A stretch of DNA of 62,408 nt, counting the filler, from Sphacelaria rigidula (Eukaryota): the NCBI GenBank assembly GCA_964200075.2. It is 9 parts of 9 records of this genome, joined end to end, with 100 filler letters (N's around TTAATTAATTAA, not from the genome) between each part and the next. Parts side by side here need not be neighbours in the genome. Positions count along the whole stretch, not along the records: positions 1 to 6,846 come from CAXNAA020017787.1; positions 6,947 to 13,792 come from CAXNAA020017788.1; 7 more parts are not named here. The stretch is one strand, 5' to 3'. A program made the position numbers and the translations under genes. How positions within the stretch are numbered: the stretch's first letter is position 1; every line of letters starts with the position of its first letter. Under the pieces are notes generated by a model that ran no database searches, was not told the origin of the DNA, and saw nothing but the letters and a program-made list of their open reading frames with translations. This document shows positions 1 to 11,800 of the stretch, piece after piece.

Positions 1-2
1 GT

Positions 3-467
3 GCAATCCTCCTTTACTGGACGCAATTCCAACATCAGCATCTTGCTCACAACAAGAAATATCGCAACATGCACCGTGGCGCAGCAGCTCGCAACCTTCA
101 CCGCAACCAGGGACTACGCTTTGTCGCCGATGGTTACGAACTTTTACCCTCCAAGACTTGTAAGACGAAGTTCTTCGCGAGCCAGCGACTCCTGCCCGAG
201 GGCAGCTACCTTTGGTTCAAAGGCAGCGACAACCTCTGGTGGTTGCGTCAGACCCACTCCGCTAACTTGGTTTCGGCCGACACATACATCGTGCGCTTCA
301 TCGATGACCCTGGACCCATTCAGCTCAAGCTTCGGCCAGCGCTATACACCACCAGCCCATCTGCACCACGCGGATCCTGGTGTCTCCAGCGCCTCAAGTC
401 CAAAGGACTTCGCCGCGGTCTACAGCGCAACATCGACCACACCCACGACGTCCACGCCCCGCTTTGA
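3..467 (+). CDS. C-terminal end of a probable Ty3/gypsy Pol (post-integrase extension with a PWWP/Tudor-like motif); truncated by the contig start
   Basis: The frame is open from position 3 (AILLYWTQFQHQHLAHNKKYRNMHRGAAAR...LWFKGSDNLWWL...TYIVRFIDDPGPIQLKL...GSWCLQ...RNID) to TGA at 465-467. It resembles, from recall, the C-terminal tail of brown-algal gypsy Pol proteins, and is followed by short tandem repeats, a polypurine tract and a TG-start LTR candidate. Confidence 0.65.
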   Translation, partial: AILLYWTQFQHQHLAHNKKYRNMHRGAAARNLHRNQGLRFVADGYELLPSKTCKTKFFASQRLLPEGSYLWFKGSDNLWWLRQTHSANLVSADTYIVRFIDDPGPIQLKLRPALYTTSPSAPRGSWCLQRLKSKGLRRGLQRNIDHTHDVHAPL

Positions 468-712
468 ACCACGCTCCTTTGTCGCGGCTGTTGCCCCACC
501 CCCATTTCTTTTTCCCGTAAGCATTGTGTGCCCCCCTTCCCCACCAGGATCCTCTTCTACTACACCATAACAGCGCGACCTACATCGGACGACGATCAAG
601 AACTACTGCACGACCGCTACCTATGACTACTGGAGCCATAGTATCCCCTTCATCTGGCGCTCGATCTCGTTGAATCACCGATTTTCAGATTTTCGATCTT
701 GCACTTTTTAGC

Positions 713-841
713 ACCTTTGGATTCGCCCAGGTTGAAGCTCTGCTCCCTGTTGTACCTTTGGGTTTCCCCCAGGTTGAAGCTCTGCTCTCTGTTGTACCTT
801 TGGATTCCCCCAGGTTGAAGCTCTGCTCCCTGTTGTACCTC
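713..841 (+). repeat. Three tandem copies of a ~41-bp unit in the retroelement 3' UTR
   Basis: ACCTTTGG(A/G)TT...CCCAGGTTGAAGCTCTGCTC(C/T)CTGTTGT repeated three times. Degenerate GAAGCA(A/G)TTTGTGCTTC repeats follow at ~870-975. Confidence 0.9.
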
Positions 842-1010
842 CCTGTTTTCCCCCTTAACTTTTGCTAGGACGCCGAAGCAATTTGTGCTTCTTCATTGAT
901 CTCTAGCACGCCGAAGCAGTTTGTGCTTCCGCGTTTCGGAGCAGTTTGTTATGCTCCTCGAAGCAGTCTATGCTTCCCTTCTTTTGAGGTGTGGGAGTGG
1001 GGCACAGGAT

Positions 1011-1580
1011 TGTTGCTACGAGAATGTTAGGTACGGGAGTGTTCCTTTAGGTATGCTTTATTAGCCGCTCATGACTTGACGAGTAAAGAAAAACCTTAGT
1101 TTTCGCTGCTTTGAGGATAAATCCTCGCAGCTGTAATAAAGGTTCGTCTGGGTGGATAAGTGTCATGAAGATGCATACTAACCTGTGGTCATGCCGCTTC
1201 AGACCCATTGTCGAAGTCTGGCTTTCGGTAATATGGGAATCCCGGTAGACAAGGAATCCCGGTAGACAAGACTACAGGTCTGTTCAGAGTTGGTCGGATA
1301 CGAATGGGAACCTGTATAATTACAGGGATGACTTTGTCTTTGATCGTGCTACACGATCGAAGCCCCTCCCCATCAACCACTATCAACTGCTCCCCTCTGC
1401 TAGCCAGCAAAAGGAAGTCTAACCATCGGTGAGAGATATTGGCTGGTCTGGGTTGGATTGATTGAGTGGGTACTGGAGTTAGAATCAAGATAATCAAGAG
1501 ATAAGTGAAGAACCTATTTGCGTGAACCTCGTCTGATACTGGATACTGAGCAGGTCACACGGTATCTACAAGTTGTAACA
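1011..1580 (+). mobile_element. Candidate LTR preceded by a polypurine tract
   Basis: Purine-rich GAGGTGTGGGAGTGGGGCACAGGA (~986-1009) lies just before TGTTGCTAC (1011). The imperfect inverted end GTTGTAACA is at 1572-1580. The right boundary is uncertain because there is no second LTR in the contig and no clear PBS. Confidence 0.45.
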
Positions 1581-3350
1581 GCCTGACGGTTGTACACTTG
1601 CCTGCCAAGCTTGTGCCTTAGGTTGCAAGCTGTGTCCTTGCATTATACTGCCGCTTGCTCTTCATTACATTGACGTTTGACTAAGGAGCTTCTTCTTTGG
1701 CTATTGCGTTTTTTTCTTGTATCGATTTGTATCCCTGGCTGCCAGCTGTGTACTCCAGTTTTTTTTTTATCATTTGCCCCTTTCCCCTTCGGAGTTGTAG
1801 TCAAATCTCCCGCCAGGTAGTCAGTAGCTCTCGAGCTTCTGCCCCGTGTGTCCCTCGGTAAGGTGTATTCGTGCCCTGCTACTTGCAATTGCTGTAGCGC
1901 TCGACGCCACATCTTGTGTGGTCAACATGGGGTCAACGCGCACTGCTTGCTGTTTTTGCCGTGCTGTCAATTTGACATCACCTGCACAAGGCCGAACGAT
2001 ATCAGTCCCGCCTGCACGACTTTTGAATCATTTCTTGATTCAACAGCCCGGCGCGACCCCCGCACCAAGCCATCGTTGGCTCGTGTATTTGGCCTTGTGG
2101 CCCCCTTTCCTTCTGCAGAATAAGTCTTCTACTACAGGTTTGTACAGAACACCAGTGCGTAAAGGCGCACTGTTCTTCATAGCCAGCCGCTGTTCCTGAC
2201 CTGAGCTCCTGCCAAGCTGGCACGCTGCTGCTGCTCTTATTTTTCAGTATCGATTGTACGCGACTGTTGTATCTTTCCTTCACGAAATTACTGAACCAAG
2301 TACAGACCGTGTTCACACAGTGTGATAACGGACGTCTGTACCGAACTTTGGATTGTTCCGGCACTTTACCTTCGTTGCTCGAGCGACCTTGCTGCTGTTG
2401 TAGCTTTAGCTTCCTTGCTTGTGGCTACTTTGTTCTTGTCGTCCTCTTGTGTACTTCGCACAACCGTAAGGCACCGCGGTACATCACCGTGGTAAGTAAC
2501 AATATACAGCATTACGTACTGTGAGTTTTTTTCTCCTTTGAAAACTTCTTTAACAAGCAACTTTATTATTGCAAGATGGTTTTGTTGAAATACTACTAGT
2601 TGAAACATTTCAACCTCCGTTACGTGCTCATTTGAAGAGATATCACTCGAAATCGGTGCCCCTTGCCTGTGCACTACAAAGTTTTCGGCACCCGCTCCCA
2701 GCGTTGCCCCTGTTGTGCATCACATCACCTTTGTTCCACATATATACGTTGTCTCAACTTCGTTGGATAACAAGCCTTCGCTCTGCACTACGCAGTCCGA
2801 GTTCGCGGTCTACAACCGAAGCTTTGTGAAAGCTTTTGTACTGCCTTACGCTGCACAGTTTTCGTGCGCATCTGAGAAAATATATCTATACCTTTAGTTC
2901 TTTTCATTTGCACACCGCCAGTCGTTCCTCAACTTGTGCTGGGATCATACAGTTATAGTCTACCCGTGACGGTACATCCGGAACACGTGTAAGTTGTTCT
3001 TCCACGTACCAACGCTGCTACAGACACTCGGGTCTTCGCTTGTCTTCGGCGACATACGCCTGTTCTGCGCACAATCCCGTGCTAGCTATTACCGCCACAA
3101 CTTGAATAAAGTTGTATTAATCAGACCCGGACACAGTTGTTACAAACCGCAATTCGCTTGAATAAATTACTCAAGTAAATCAGGTCCTGCGGTCCCCTCA
3201 GGCGCTATTAGGCTTCATTATCCAGTATTTTCCGGACCAAGCTTCGGCTTCTGCATGTAGCATCACCTAGTGTCACGCTCTTTTGATTAGAGCCGCAGAC
3301 CAGACATACTGCACCTTCCTTTTTAAGCACAAAGACCGCGTACGCTCATC

Positions 3351-6146
3351 ATGTCGCACAAAAATGACTCTGGCTCTTCCCCTCAATTGGGAAACCAACC
3401 GCTTCGCCGGACCCGGAGTCAAACTACTGGCGGTTCGAAATCTTTAAAGATGAGCGGCACGCCAACTTCAGCACATCGCCGCACGTTTGCGAGCGCTGCT
3501 CGTTCTTCGGGATCTGAAGACCAACATTCGAGCGAAGCTCATTCTTCAACACTTGAAGACCAGACTTTGACGCCGAGACCTGTTCTCTCACGTTCCGACT
3601 CGCACTCAGAGAACATGGTAGTGCACCCGGCCGAGTCATTGGTTCCTGACGCGCATGCCAGTGAGCCCATAACGGTGGATTCCATCGCACACCCCTCGCT
3701 GGCCCCTGCTCCCCCGAGTCCCAATGTGAAATCCGGAGTTAGGATTGTGCCCTCAGTCGAGTCGTTGCCCCTGGACACACGTGTCCAACTCGGCCCTGTC
3801 ACGGTTGCTTCAACCGTGGCACCCCGTCGCTTGACGGCTGACAACTCTTGAGACGCTTCTGTCCCCACGAAGCGCATCGCTTCTGGAGCAAGAGACTTTG
3901 TCACACGGGCTACTTCCGTTACAGACGACCTTCGCAAGACTCTTGATAGTCCCATGCGCCCTACTGCGCAGTCCAATGTCGGACCTGCAGTTGCAGCCAT
4001 GCATGCTGCCATGCAAACTCTGCATCGCACCTCCTCGGCGTCATCGCCATTGCCAGCGCCAGCTCTCATCGAGGCATTTACGGCTTTTTGCCACGCCACG
4101 CCCCAAGACCAGTCGGCGTCTGCTCATGTGCAATTCAATGATGATTCTGCATCTGCCACGCCCAAACCCGTACGTCTGGCGACCTGTTCGGCGACATCGC
4201 GTCCTCCGTTCATCACTCATGATAAATTCAACGAACATGAGTCCAGCCCTTCCTCAACGTCGCAGCAGAGCCATACTCGCGCTACTGACCGGCGCCGCAC
4301 ACCGAGACTTGGTCATGACCATGTCTCCCGTTCTAGCAGTTCTAAGGGCCACTGCCAGCAAAGCATATATTCATCGCGCGCTTCCACACGCCCGAAGAAT
4401 ACCGCTCCTGGACATAAATATGGAGGTAGTTCACGCCATAGTTCCAATTCATCCCGCGCTCCTAAGCGCCCGGTGAATGCTAACCATGGCCGTACTCACG
4501 AGGATGCCTTGCGGCCCAGATCAAGTTCTTCGCGCGTTAACTCGCGCTTGAACAACTCCGATCATGTACCTTCGCGCACCTCTACTGCTCAGCCTTTGTC
4601 ACACACCCGTCATTTACGCAATGATAACACTGTACATGCTGACGATACCCAAAACATATTTTCGGACATGTCACCGGCTCCGGAATCCTTAATTTCAGGA
4701 TCCGATCGCACTTCATCGCACAACCGACGACAACGCACTGACCACGAACCACCGTCCCGTTCCAACGCTGCGCTTGTTCGTTCTCTGCAACAACGTTTGA
4801 CATATCTTGAACGGCTACTCGCGACAGCAACTCTGGACGCCCAACACACTACCGCTACTGCTAGCAAGACCATTCGCGCTCCTGTAGCTCCTGCTGCCGC
4901 TACCGCGACTGCTGCGCCTGCGGCCGCCCCTGCACCGGCTCATACAACCGCCGCCGCTCCACCTGCTATCGACACGGATGCCGATAGCGGCTCCACCACG
5001 GCCCCTGGGCGCCCTTCCCCATCTGTGGAGGTTCTCCCTCCGCTTGGCGATGAGCACTCCCCCACCGGGCTGCTCTTACGCCTGTTCACCAACAGGCCAC
5101 GAGCAGAACAGCAACAACTGATTGCTGATTATGCGTCTCAGGAGCCTGCGCTGACGCAGGATATCCTCGGGAAACAACGCGACGCCGACGCCGCCGCTGC
5201 CCACCTCCTTCTGGAGGAGCACGAGAGTACCCTCAAGGACCTCCAGCGGTAGGCCTCCCTTGCTCACTCCACGAGCATGACGGCTCAACGAGCGCTCGAC
5301 GAAGGCTGTACTGCGGCTACGTCGGCTCAAAGACGGGTTCGTCAACTCGAAGACCATGTTCAGCGGACCGCCCAAGCAGCGGCTTCGTTGGCGGCCCGCC
5401 TAACTGATCACCAAGCCACTCCGCCTTCCATCGACAACTTGCCCAGGCCCCACCAGCCGGCGCCCAACAGAGCGACGTATGTCATTCCTCGCAAGTCCAA
5501 CAGGACGTCGCCTGCTGCGGCCGCTGCCGCCGCCACGACGCCTCTGACACCGCCGCGTTACGGAGTTGGCTCGGTGCCGCACACAGCTTCTTCGCCGAGC
5601 TTGCGGCTGGTGTCTCACGAACGAGAAAGGCTTTCTCGCCCTGTGTCGACCTATACCGGTCCCTTCGACCGGCGAAACCACCTGCACTGCTCCCCAACCG
5701 CGTGGGCCTTGATATCCCAACGTATTTTTTACACAGTTGGGGTGTATGTCGAACAGAACGGCTTCATCCCCAAGGCAGGTGTCTCGGTGCTCACCTTGGG
5801 CCAACTAGCTTTGCAGACTACCGTTGGCGATCACCGGGACCACCACACTTACGTTGAAGCGGTCGAGGAATTTTTTGCGGCGCTTCGCGCTGCCTACAAA
5901 CCTCATCCCGGCACTACCCTCAACGGAGACGAAGATGAAGATGGGTGGACTCCCGCAACATCCAACTGCCGGGGACCGAAGAAAAACCACCAGCGCGACG
6001 ACGATGATACTGATGGTGGGAATTCACGCCGCCGCCATGGTGGTGGAGGATCTTCTTCAAGCAGTTCCGGACCGAACCGCCCGCCTCGCAAGCCGAAAGG
6101 CAAGCACGCTGGAGGCAACTCTTCCGGCTTATCCGCATCGGCCTAG
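3351..6146 (+). pseudogene. Long low-complexity retroelement ORF1 (~930 codons) interrupted by two in-frame stops
   Basis: ORFs 3351-3851, 3954-5252 and 5277-6146 are all in one frame, separated only by TGA 3849-3851 and TAG 5250-5252. The product is Ser/Thr/Ala/Pro-rich with coiled-coil-like segments. Confidence 0.55.
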
Positions 6147-6846
6147 AACCGGTCCGGTGCAGCTCTTCCCGCCTCGGACTCGGAGACCCCAGGCAAGTGG
6201 TTCCTGAGTTGGCTGATGTTTCGGCCCGCATTTTAGGTTTGTCCGATACGGATACACCTGACCGTCCTTTGTCTTCTACTGCAACCCGCGCTTTAGCAAC
6301 CGCCGCGGCTGACAAAGAACGTTCGGAAGCTAGCAAAAAAGCAGCTTCCGATGGAGCTGAGTCTACCCGAGTAGCTGCAATACAAAGACAGTATATTCAG
6401 ATGGATGTGAAAAAACTCTGGCACATCAAAACCATGCCCGCCGCGGATAACGAATATTTACTTCTGCCCTCATCACGTCCATCCGCCGTACTGTTTGTGA
6501 CATCCTTCACTTGGCGGATGTGACTGGCACACAACGTTTCGAAGACTCAGACTGGGTAGAGGGCTGGCAGACTCCCTTGCACAAAGCAATGCATCGATCG
6601 ATCAGCCGCCGCTCTCCCGACCTCACTGCTTCTTTGACGCAGGTTCTCGACGGATTCCTCGCCGAGATGGATCCGGATCGTTCCCAAGGGAAGGCAGGCC
6701 CGCAATTACTCTCTGATTTGGTAAGGCGTCTCATAGGTTACTTTGACAAAAGTGATCAAGCCAGCGTCATCCAGAGGCTGAGTTCTTTTGTCGTCGCATC
6801 TGATGTCCCCTTCGCGGATTATCTCCGCGAATTTAAGCTTTTGGTT
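6014..6846 (+). pseudogene. Gag-like ORF overlapping ORF1 in the -1 frame; frameshifted at ~6510 and truncated by the contig end
   Basis: The frame is open from 6014 (WWEFTPPPWWWRIFFKQFR...RQLFRLIRIGLEP...VVPELADVSARILG...) to 6523. It continues in the 6511 frame (LVRRLIGYFDKSDQASVIQRLSSFVVASDVPFADYLREFKLLV), a helical capsid-like pattern. Confidence 0.5.
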
Positions 6847-6946
6847 NNNNNNNNNNNNNNNNNNNNNNNNNNNNNNNNNNNNNNNNNNNNTTAATTAATT
6901 AANNNNNNNNNNNNNNNNNNNNNNNNNNNNNNNNNNNNNNNNNNNN
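6847..6946. other. Artificial contig spacer (also at 13793-13892, 20739-20838, 27684-27783, 34629-34728, 41574-41673, 48519-48618, 55464-55563)
   Basis: Identical N44-TTAATTAATTAA-N44 blocks (stops in all six frames) separate contigs of 6,845-6,846 bp. Confidence 0.99.
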
Positions 6947-6973
6947 AAACCCGGGGCGCCCCCCCCCCGCTTA

Positions 6974-7046
6974 AGGGATTCGAAGTTAATGGTCATATAA
7001 CTTTGGCACGCAAGAAAAAGAGAGTACCCCCCCCCCCCCCCCCCCC
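6974..7046 (+). repeat. Poly-C-tailed short element, degenerate copy
   Basis: AGGGATTCGAAGTTAATGGTCATATAACTTTGGCACGCAAG...GAGTAC-C(n) aligns with the family consensus. Confidence 0.7.
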
Positions 7047-7126
7047 TCCCTCCTCTTCTTGTGTCCCACCAGGGTATATACCGTCACTCGAGGTGGGACA
7101 CATTGACGGTGACCTTGAAAACGCAC

Positions 7127-7301
7127 CTGCCCTCGCGATGATAGCATCCCACGTGCAGAAGCCGATCAGAAGCCCCGCCGTCGAGTGCACCGCCATCATC
7201 GCTAGTGTTCTCATCACCCCGGGCAGCGCCTTGGTAGGCGCGGCAACGTCGGACAAGAGGTACCGGGAACCCGCTGCGACACCATAGCATATAGCGACAG
7301 C
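7127..7301 (-). CDS. Candidate internal exon of a membrane protein of unknown family
   Basis: A pyrimidine tract and AG acceptor at 7302-7303, a GTGCGT donor after 7127, and an open hydrophobic peptide AVAICYGVAAGSRYLLSDVAAPTKALPGVMRTLAMMAVHSTAGLLIGFCTWDAIIARA. Confidence 0.35.
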
Positions 7302-7739
7302 CTTAATTGCGGATGGGAGCAGCAGGGGAGGGGGAGAGGGGGGGGGGAGGGAAGGGGATACTGGGGAAGGGCGGGAGCGGGGGCGGGGCAACGTCACGTG
7401 TTCGTGGGGCATGGCAACAAGGAAACGAGGACCGTGCAAAAAGATTGATATGTTCGTGGTGGCTGTGTCGTGTAGCTCAATATTCTACTCCTATTTTTCT
7501 GGGTGCAGGTCGATCACAAAATATTGCGTCATATCTGGAAAAGCTTGCATGTTTCCCCCTCACCTCCCCTGCTCCCCACCCCCCCTCCTCCTTTTCTTTC
7601 GGGGCCAGACACGAATGTATTCCATGTTCCCGGAAGCGTGAGAAACAAAACCTACGGGCAACTGCACGGCAGCTACTAGAGTGACCAAAACGTGGATTGA
7701 TCTTGGGTGGGAGAAACTTCTCTACCCCACGGGTGCGCG

Positions 7740-7813
7740 GTGCTTCATCTCGAAAGGGATGCGTGATCAATGGTCACACGGCTAAGGCAAGTAACAGATG
7801 AGTACGCCCCCCC
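7740..7813 (+). repeat. Poly-C-tailed short element, subfamily A
   Basis: GTGCTTCATCTCGAAAGGGATGCGTGATCAATGGTCACACGGCTAAGGCAAGTAACAGATGAGTACG-C7. Confidence 0.9.
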
Positions 7814-8869
7814 GCGTGCCCCCTCCTCCCAGCCCCCGTGTATGGCGCACGGGGTGTTTCCGCTCCCCGGCCAACCGCAAATTTAGCCGATCCCTCTGTC
7901 TTACGTTAATGATCGCATCCGTTTGACTTTTTCGAATCGCTGTCGACTCTTATCAATATCTTAAAACAACAGCGGAATTCGTATCACGAGTTCACTGTCA
8001 GAAGATATTTTGCACCTGGGGTTAACTCCGGTGTTTACCTCTGCGTGACCACGTCTGGCAGGATATTTGTATGAATCCAGAGTAAACTTCTTTGCTATAT
8101 GTTCCTTCCTGTCAAGTCATCTGGGAAGTAAAAAAAGAGGATGAACCCTGACTGGACTACAAGTCGTGCTAGAAAAATTCTACGGGCGTGGCAAGAAGTA
8201 GGTGCGCTTGCAGCTTCTGGTCTCTTTCTCGGGTGAAGTACCTGACTGACCCCATGACAAGCACGCTGGGGTCCCGTAAACCGATGCTTTCGACGTGATG
8301 TACGCTCATACCGTGGATACAGACATGATCAATGTGAAGTTGTAGACACTTATTGGCACGCACGATGTTCCTCTAATCTCAAACCACGGAGTGCTGCCTT
8401 CATCTTCGGTGGGCCACACCGCGTTAGTACCTTCACATTTTGCCCAATGCATCATCAAGGTGACCCTGACCCTGTCACGTTCTCCCCTCCCCCATCCCCT
8501 CATTACGTGGGCTATTTACCCATGACATCTTCGATATTCTCCACTCTGTTTACATCTAGCACCGCAAGATCACCGACAACATCAGCCTGATAATCCAACG
8601 ACCAATATGTGGGTTCGAGTAACTTGACCTACTGGCTTGCCTGTGTTTCGTGTCATTGGTGATGTAACACACAGTCTAGGTGGTGGGTCATGCAGACAGT
8701 GCTGACGTCCAGGCTCGCTCACTCACTGCCCTTGGCTTCGAAGTTTTACCCTAAATTGAGAACCAAACTGGATTCCGCAGCTGCAGCGTTTTACTCCGCG
8801 TGAGGACACTGTCATGGAAAGCATGTTGATAGAGATGAGGCACGTGTGAGCAAGTGCTTCGGCGGACCG

Positions 8870-11800
8870 GAGATAGCGGTCGACGCGGGATGGGAAGGCT
8901 GCACCCTCCCCGCGAGACCAACAAGCAAGGCAAGTACCATGACAGACGTGCCAAAAAGGAATCGGAACAGAAAAAAACTCACCCGTGAAACAAGAAGACG
9001 AAACAGACCAAAAAGGAGAGCAGAGCAAAGAGAAGCACGCATGAATAAGAGAAGGCTAGAGCGAGGTCGCGTACTGGGGAGCTTGAAGTGACCACCTACA
9101 GCGTCCGTACACTGTCTCTCACGGGAAAGAATGAAGTTGGTCACGCTGAGGTGGTCCTGCAAAAATGTCAGGCCGTCAGATGTGGCGTCATCGGGCTACA
9201 GGAAACGATGGGACCAGGGCGAACCGAATGTTGTGCGGCGGGATACCGTGTCTTCTGTTGCGGGGCGGAAGGGGGCGAAGGAAGGGATGGACAACATGGG
9301 GTTGGGATGGCGGCCAAGGAGTCGATCATCAACAAGGCGATGTGGACTCAGGCAAGCGCACGCCTCATGTCGATGACCTTCAGCCTCGCGGGTAAATCAA
9401 ATGCTGCTACGTTTGAAGTTGCGTATGCCCCTACAGACACTCCACAGTCAAGAGAAGGGACATACGTGCTATGGACTGAGTTAGACAACATTGTGAACCG
9501 TATCCCCCACAAACATCACCTCTTTATTTTAATGGACGCTAACGCAAGGACTGGGGTACGAACAGGCGAGGAGGAATGTAAATTTGTGGGGGCATACGGC
9601 CGAGACTCCCAATCCAACGACAGTAACGGCACCTCTCAACTGCAACTTACAGGCGACAGCAGGCTTGCCCTGGTCAACGTTATTCTCCACTCCCAAGGGA
9701 AGCACCTTGCGTGCGTTCAACAGTATTGTGAATCGTCCCGCTGACGAACAACGCTCTGACTACATCCTCACACGGCAAGATCACCGCAGGCTTGTTCGCA
9801 ATGTCACCGTCCACCTTCAACCCCCAAACTCGCTGGACTCTGACCACAACATCGTTTGCGCCTCAGTGCGGCTCCTTGGTCGCTTCGCAAACAGCAGACC
9901 TAGACGAATCCCAATTGGTCATACACCGATCGACAGACGGACAATAAAAGCTGACACCGACAGAAGTCAGCAACTCACCCAGCTCAAGCAGAGTATACCT
10001 GGCGATGCAATTAGCTCACTGGCTACAAACTTTGACAACGTACTCCTGAGTGCCGCTGGAAAGGTGGTACCCCGTCCGACCCGAAAGCCACGTATACCGG
10101 GGTGGTTCGAGGATGATGTCATCCGAACGGAGTTCAAACAGGTCTGGAATGAGCGGGAAAGGTCGAGATCGACGGTGCGACTGGGACCATCACGAGATAA
10201 ACCCGCATGGCGCACATTGCGAGCAGCGTGCACAGAGGCAAAAGAGGTAATCCAAGTCGGGGTGGACAAACATATGATGTGTATGCTAGAGAGTTGGAGC
10301 ATTATACTCGAGTGGCGGACATGAGAGGGTGGTACAGACAATCTCAAAGGAGGGTGGAGACTGGACGACCGATCGAGAGTCAGCACTACATTGGAGATGA
10401 GGACCGCAATGTACTGAGGAACAAGGGGTTCATCAGTGAGAGATGGGAACGATACTTCTCCACATTGCTCAACGCCATGGCGGCAACAATCGACCGAACC
10501 GACATCGAGAAGATTGCGCAACAACCGTTAGCGCTGTCACTAGGAGACCCGCTAAGCCCAAGTGAAACTAAGGAGGTTCTGAGGGCTATGTCGAACGGCA
10601 AAGCGACGGATCCGGATGGTCTACCTGCTGAAATCCTGAAGCTTGGACAGAACGGGGAGGCGTCGAAGATTCCGTACCACTTTCACAGCATCGTCTCTGC
10701 GATTTGGACATCTGGCGAGGTGCCGCGGGAATGGAAAGATCACTATCAAAGTACTGCACAAAAAAAGGATAGGACCGAATGTGTTAATTACAAGAGTGTT
10801 TCACTTGCGGCACATGCTACCGGTCGCCCCGGTAGCTCAGTTGGTAACCTCGAAACCTTCTGAAAGTTGGGCCGTGGGTTCGAATCTCGGAACGATCTGG
10901 GATTTCTCATCACACAATGCCCAACAGTAGAGGGCGACTATGTCGTTGGTACACAACATTCGACTCAACGGTCGACGAGGGATAGGGATTGCTGAACCTC
11001 CCTCACGATGAAAGTAAAGACAAGCACTGCAGAAGGAAGCAGAACTAAAACAAATGGAAAACTCCCGTGTTGGCCCTCCTCCTTGTGATCCCGGCTGGTG
11101 CACCCACATATACCGAAAGGTGAAGACCGGCGTTCAGAATAGAAGGAATGGCAACACACACTCATGCTGCTCAAGTTCTGAAATCGTAGCCAACAGGCTC
11201 GGTAACTTCTGTGCGGAAACAGACATCTTCCCGGAATAGCAGTGCGGATTTAGGCGCCAGCGATCGACCACAAGACAGTATGTTCGTAGTACGCCGACTT
11301 CAGGAGTTGGGACGGGCGAGCAACGTTCCCCTCAAGATGTGCCTTATCGATCTGCAGAAAGCCTACGATTCCGTAGACCGCATGCTCCTCGTGGGAAGTG
11401 TTTGCTCGGTTCGGAGTCCCGCCGCCAATGATCACGATCATCCGTATGTTTCCCAACGGCATCCGAGCTCGGGTACAGCTAGATGGTGGCGAACTAACAG
11501 GGTGGTTCCACGTCTGCTAGGGGCTCGGGCAAGGTTGTGTTTCGTCCCCGCTGTTACTCTGCATCTTTGGCATAGCCTTGGTCGACGTGATCCTCAAGCG
11601 GTTCGCGGCGGACCCAGTCATCGTCTCACGCTTGATTTTTCTGGGATGATGTGCCAAAAGGGGACGATGGTGAACCCTGGAAAAGACGCCGCTGGAAGAG
11701 GTGCGACGCGCGGTGTGGGCCATGCTTTGTGCGCACGACGCCGGCATAGTCTCGAGAATTTCAGATGGTCTTGCCCGAGTGATGGTTATGGTGGTGGTGA

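Noticed and set aside
3849-5252. Alternative genetic code or programmed readthrough of in-frame stops
   Set aside because: The two stops are different codons, each one transition from a sense codon, in an element that also has a frameshift. Mutational decay is simpler.
6847-6946. Regularly spaced TTAATTAATTAA motif every ~6.9 kb
   Set aside because: It is an artificial linker between size-sorted contigs. Adjacency across it has no biological meaning, so no multi-gene system can be inferred across contigs.
10826-10890. tRNA genes here, at 25082-25145 and at 60450-60520
   Set aside because: A and B boxes are present but there is no complete cloverleaf or paired acceptor stem, and each continues into a SINE body and tail.
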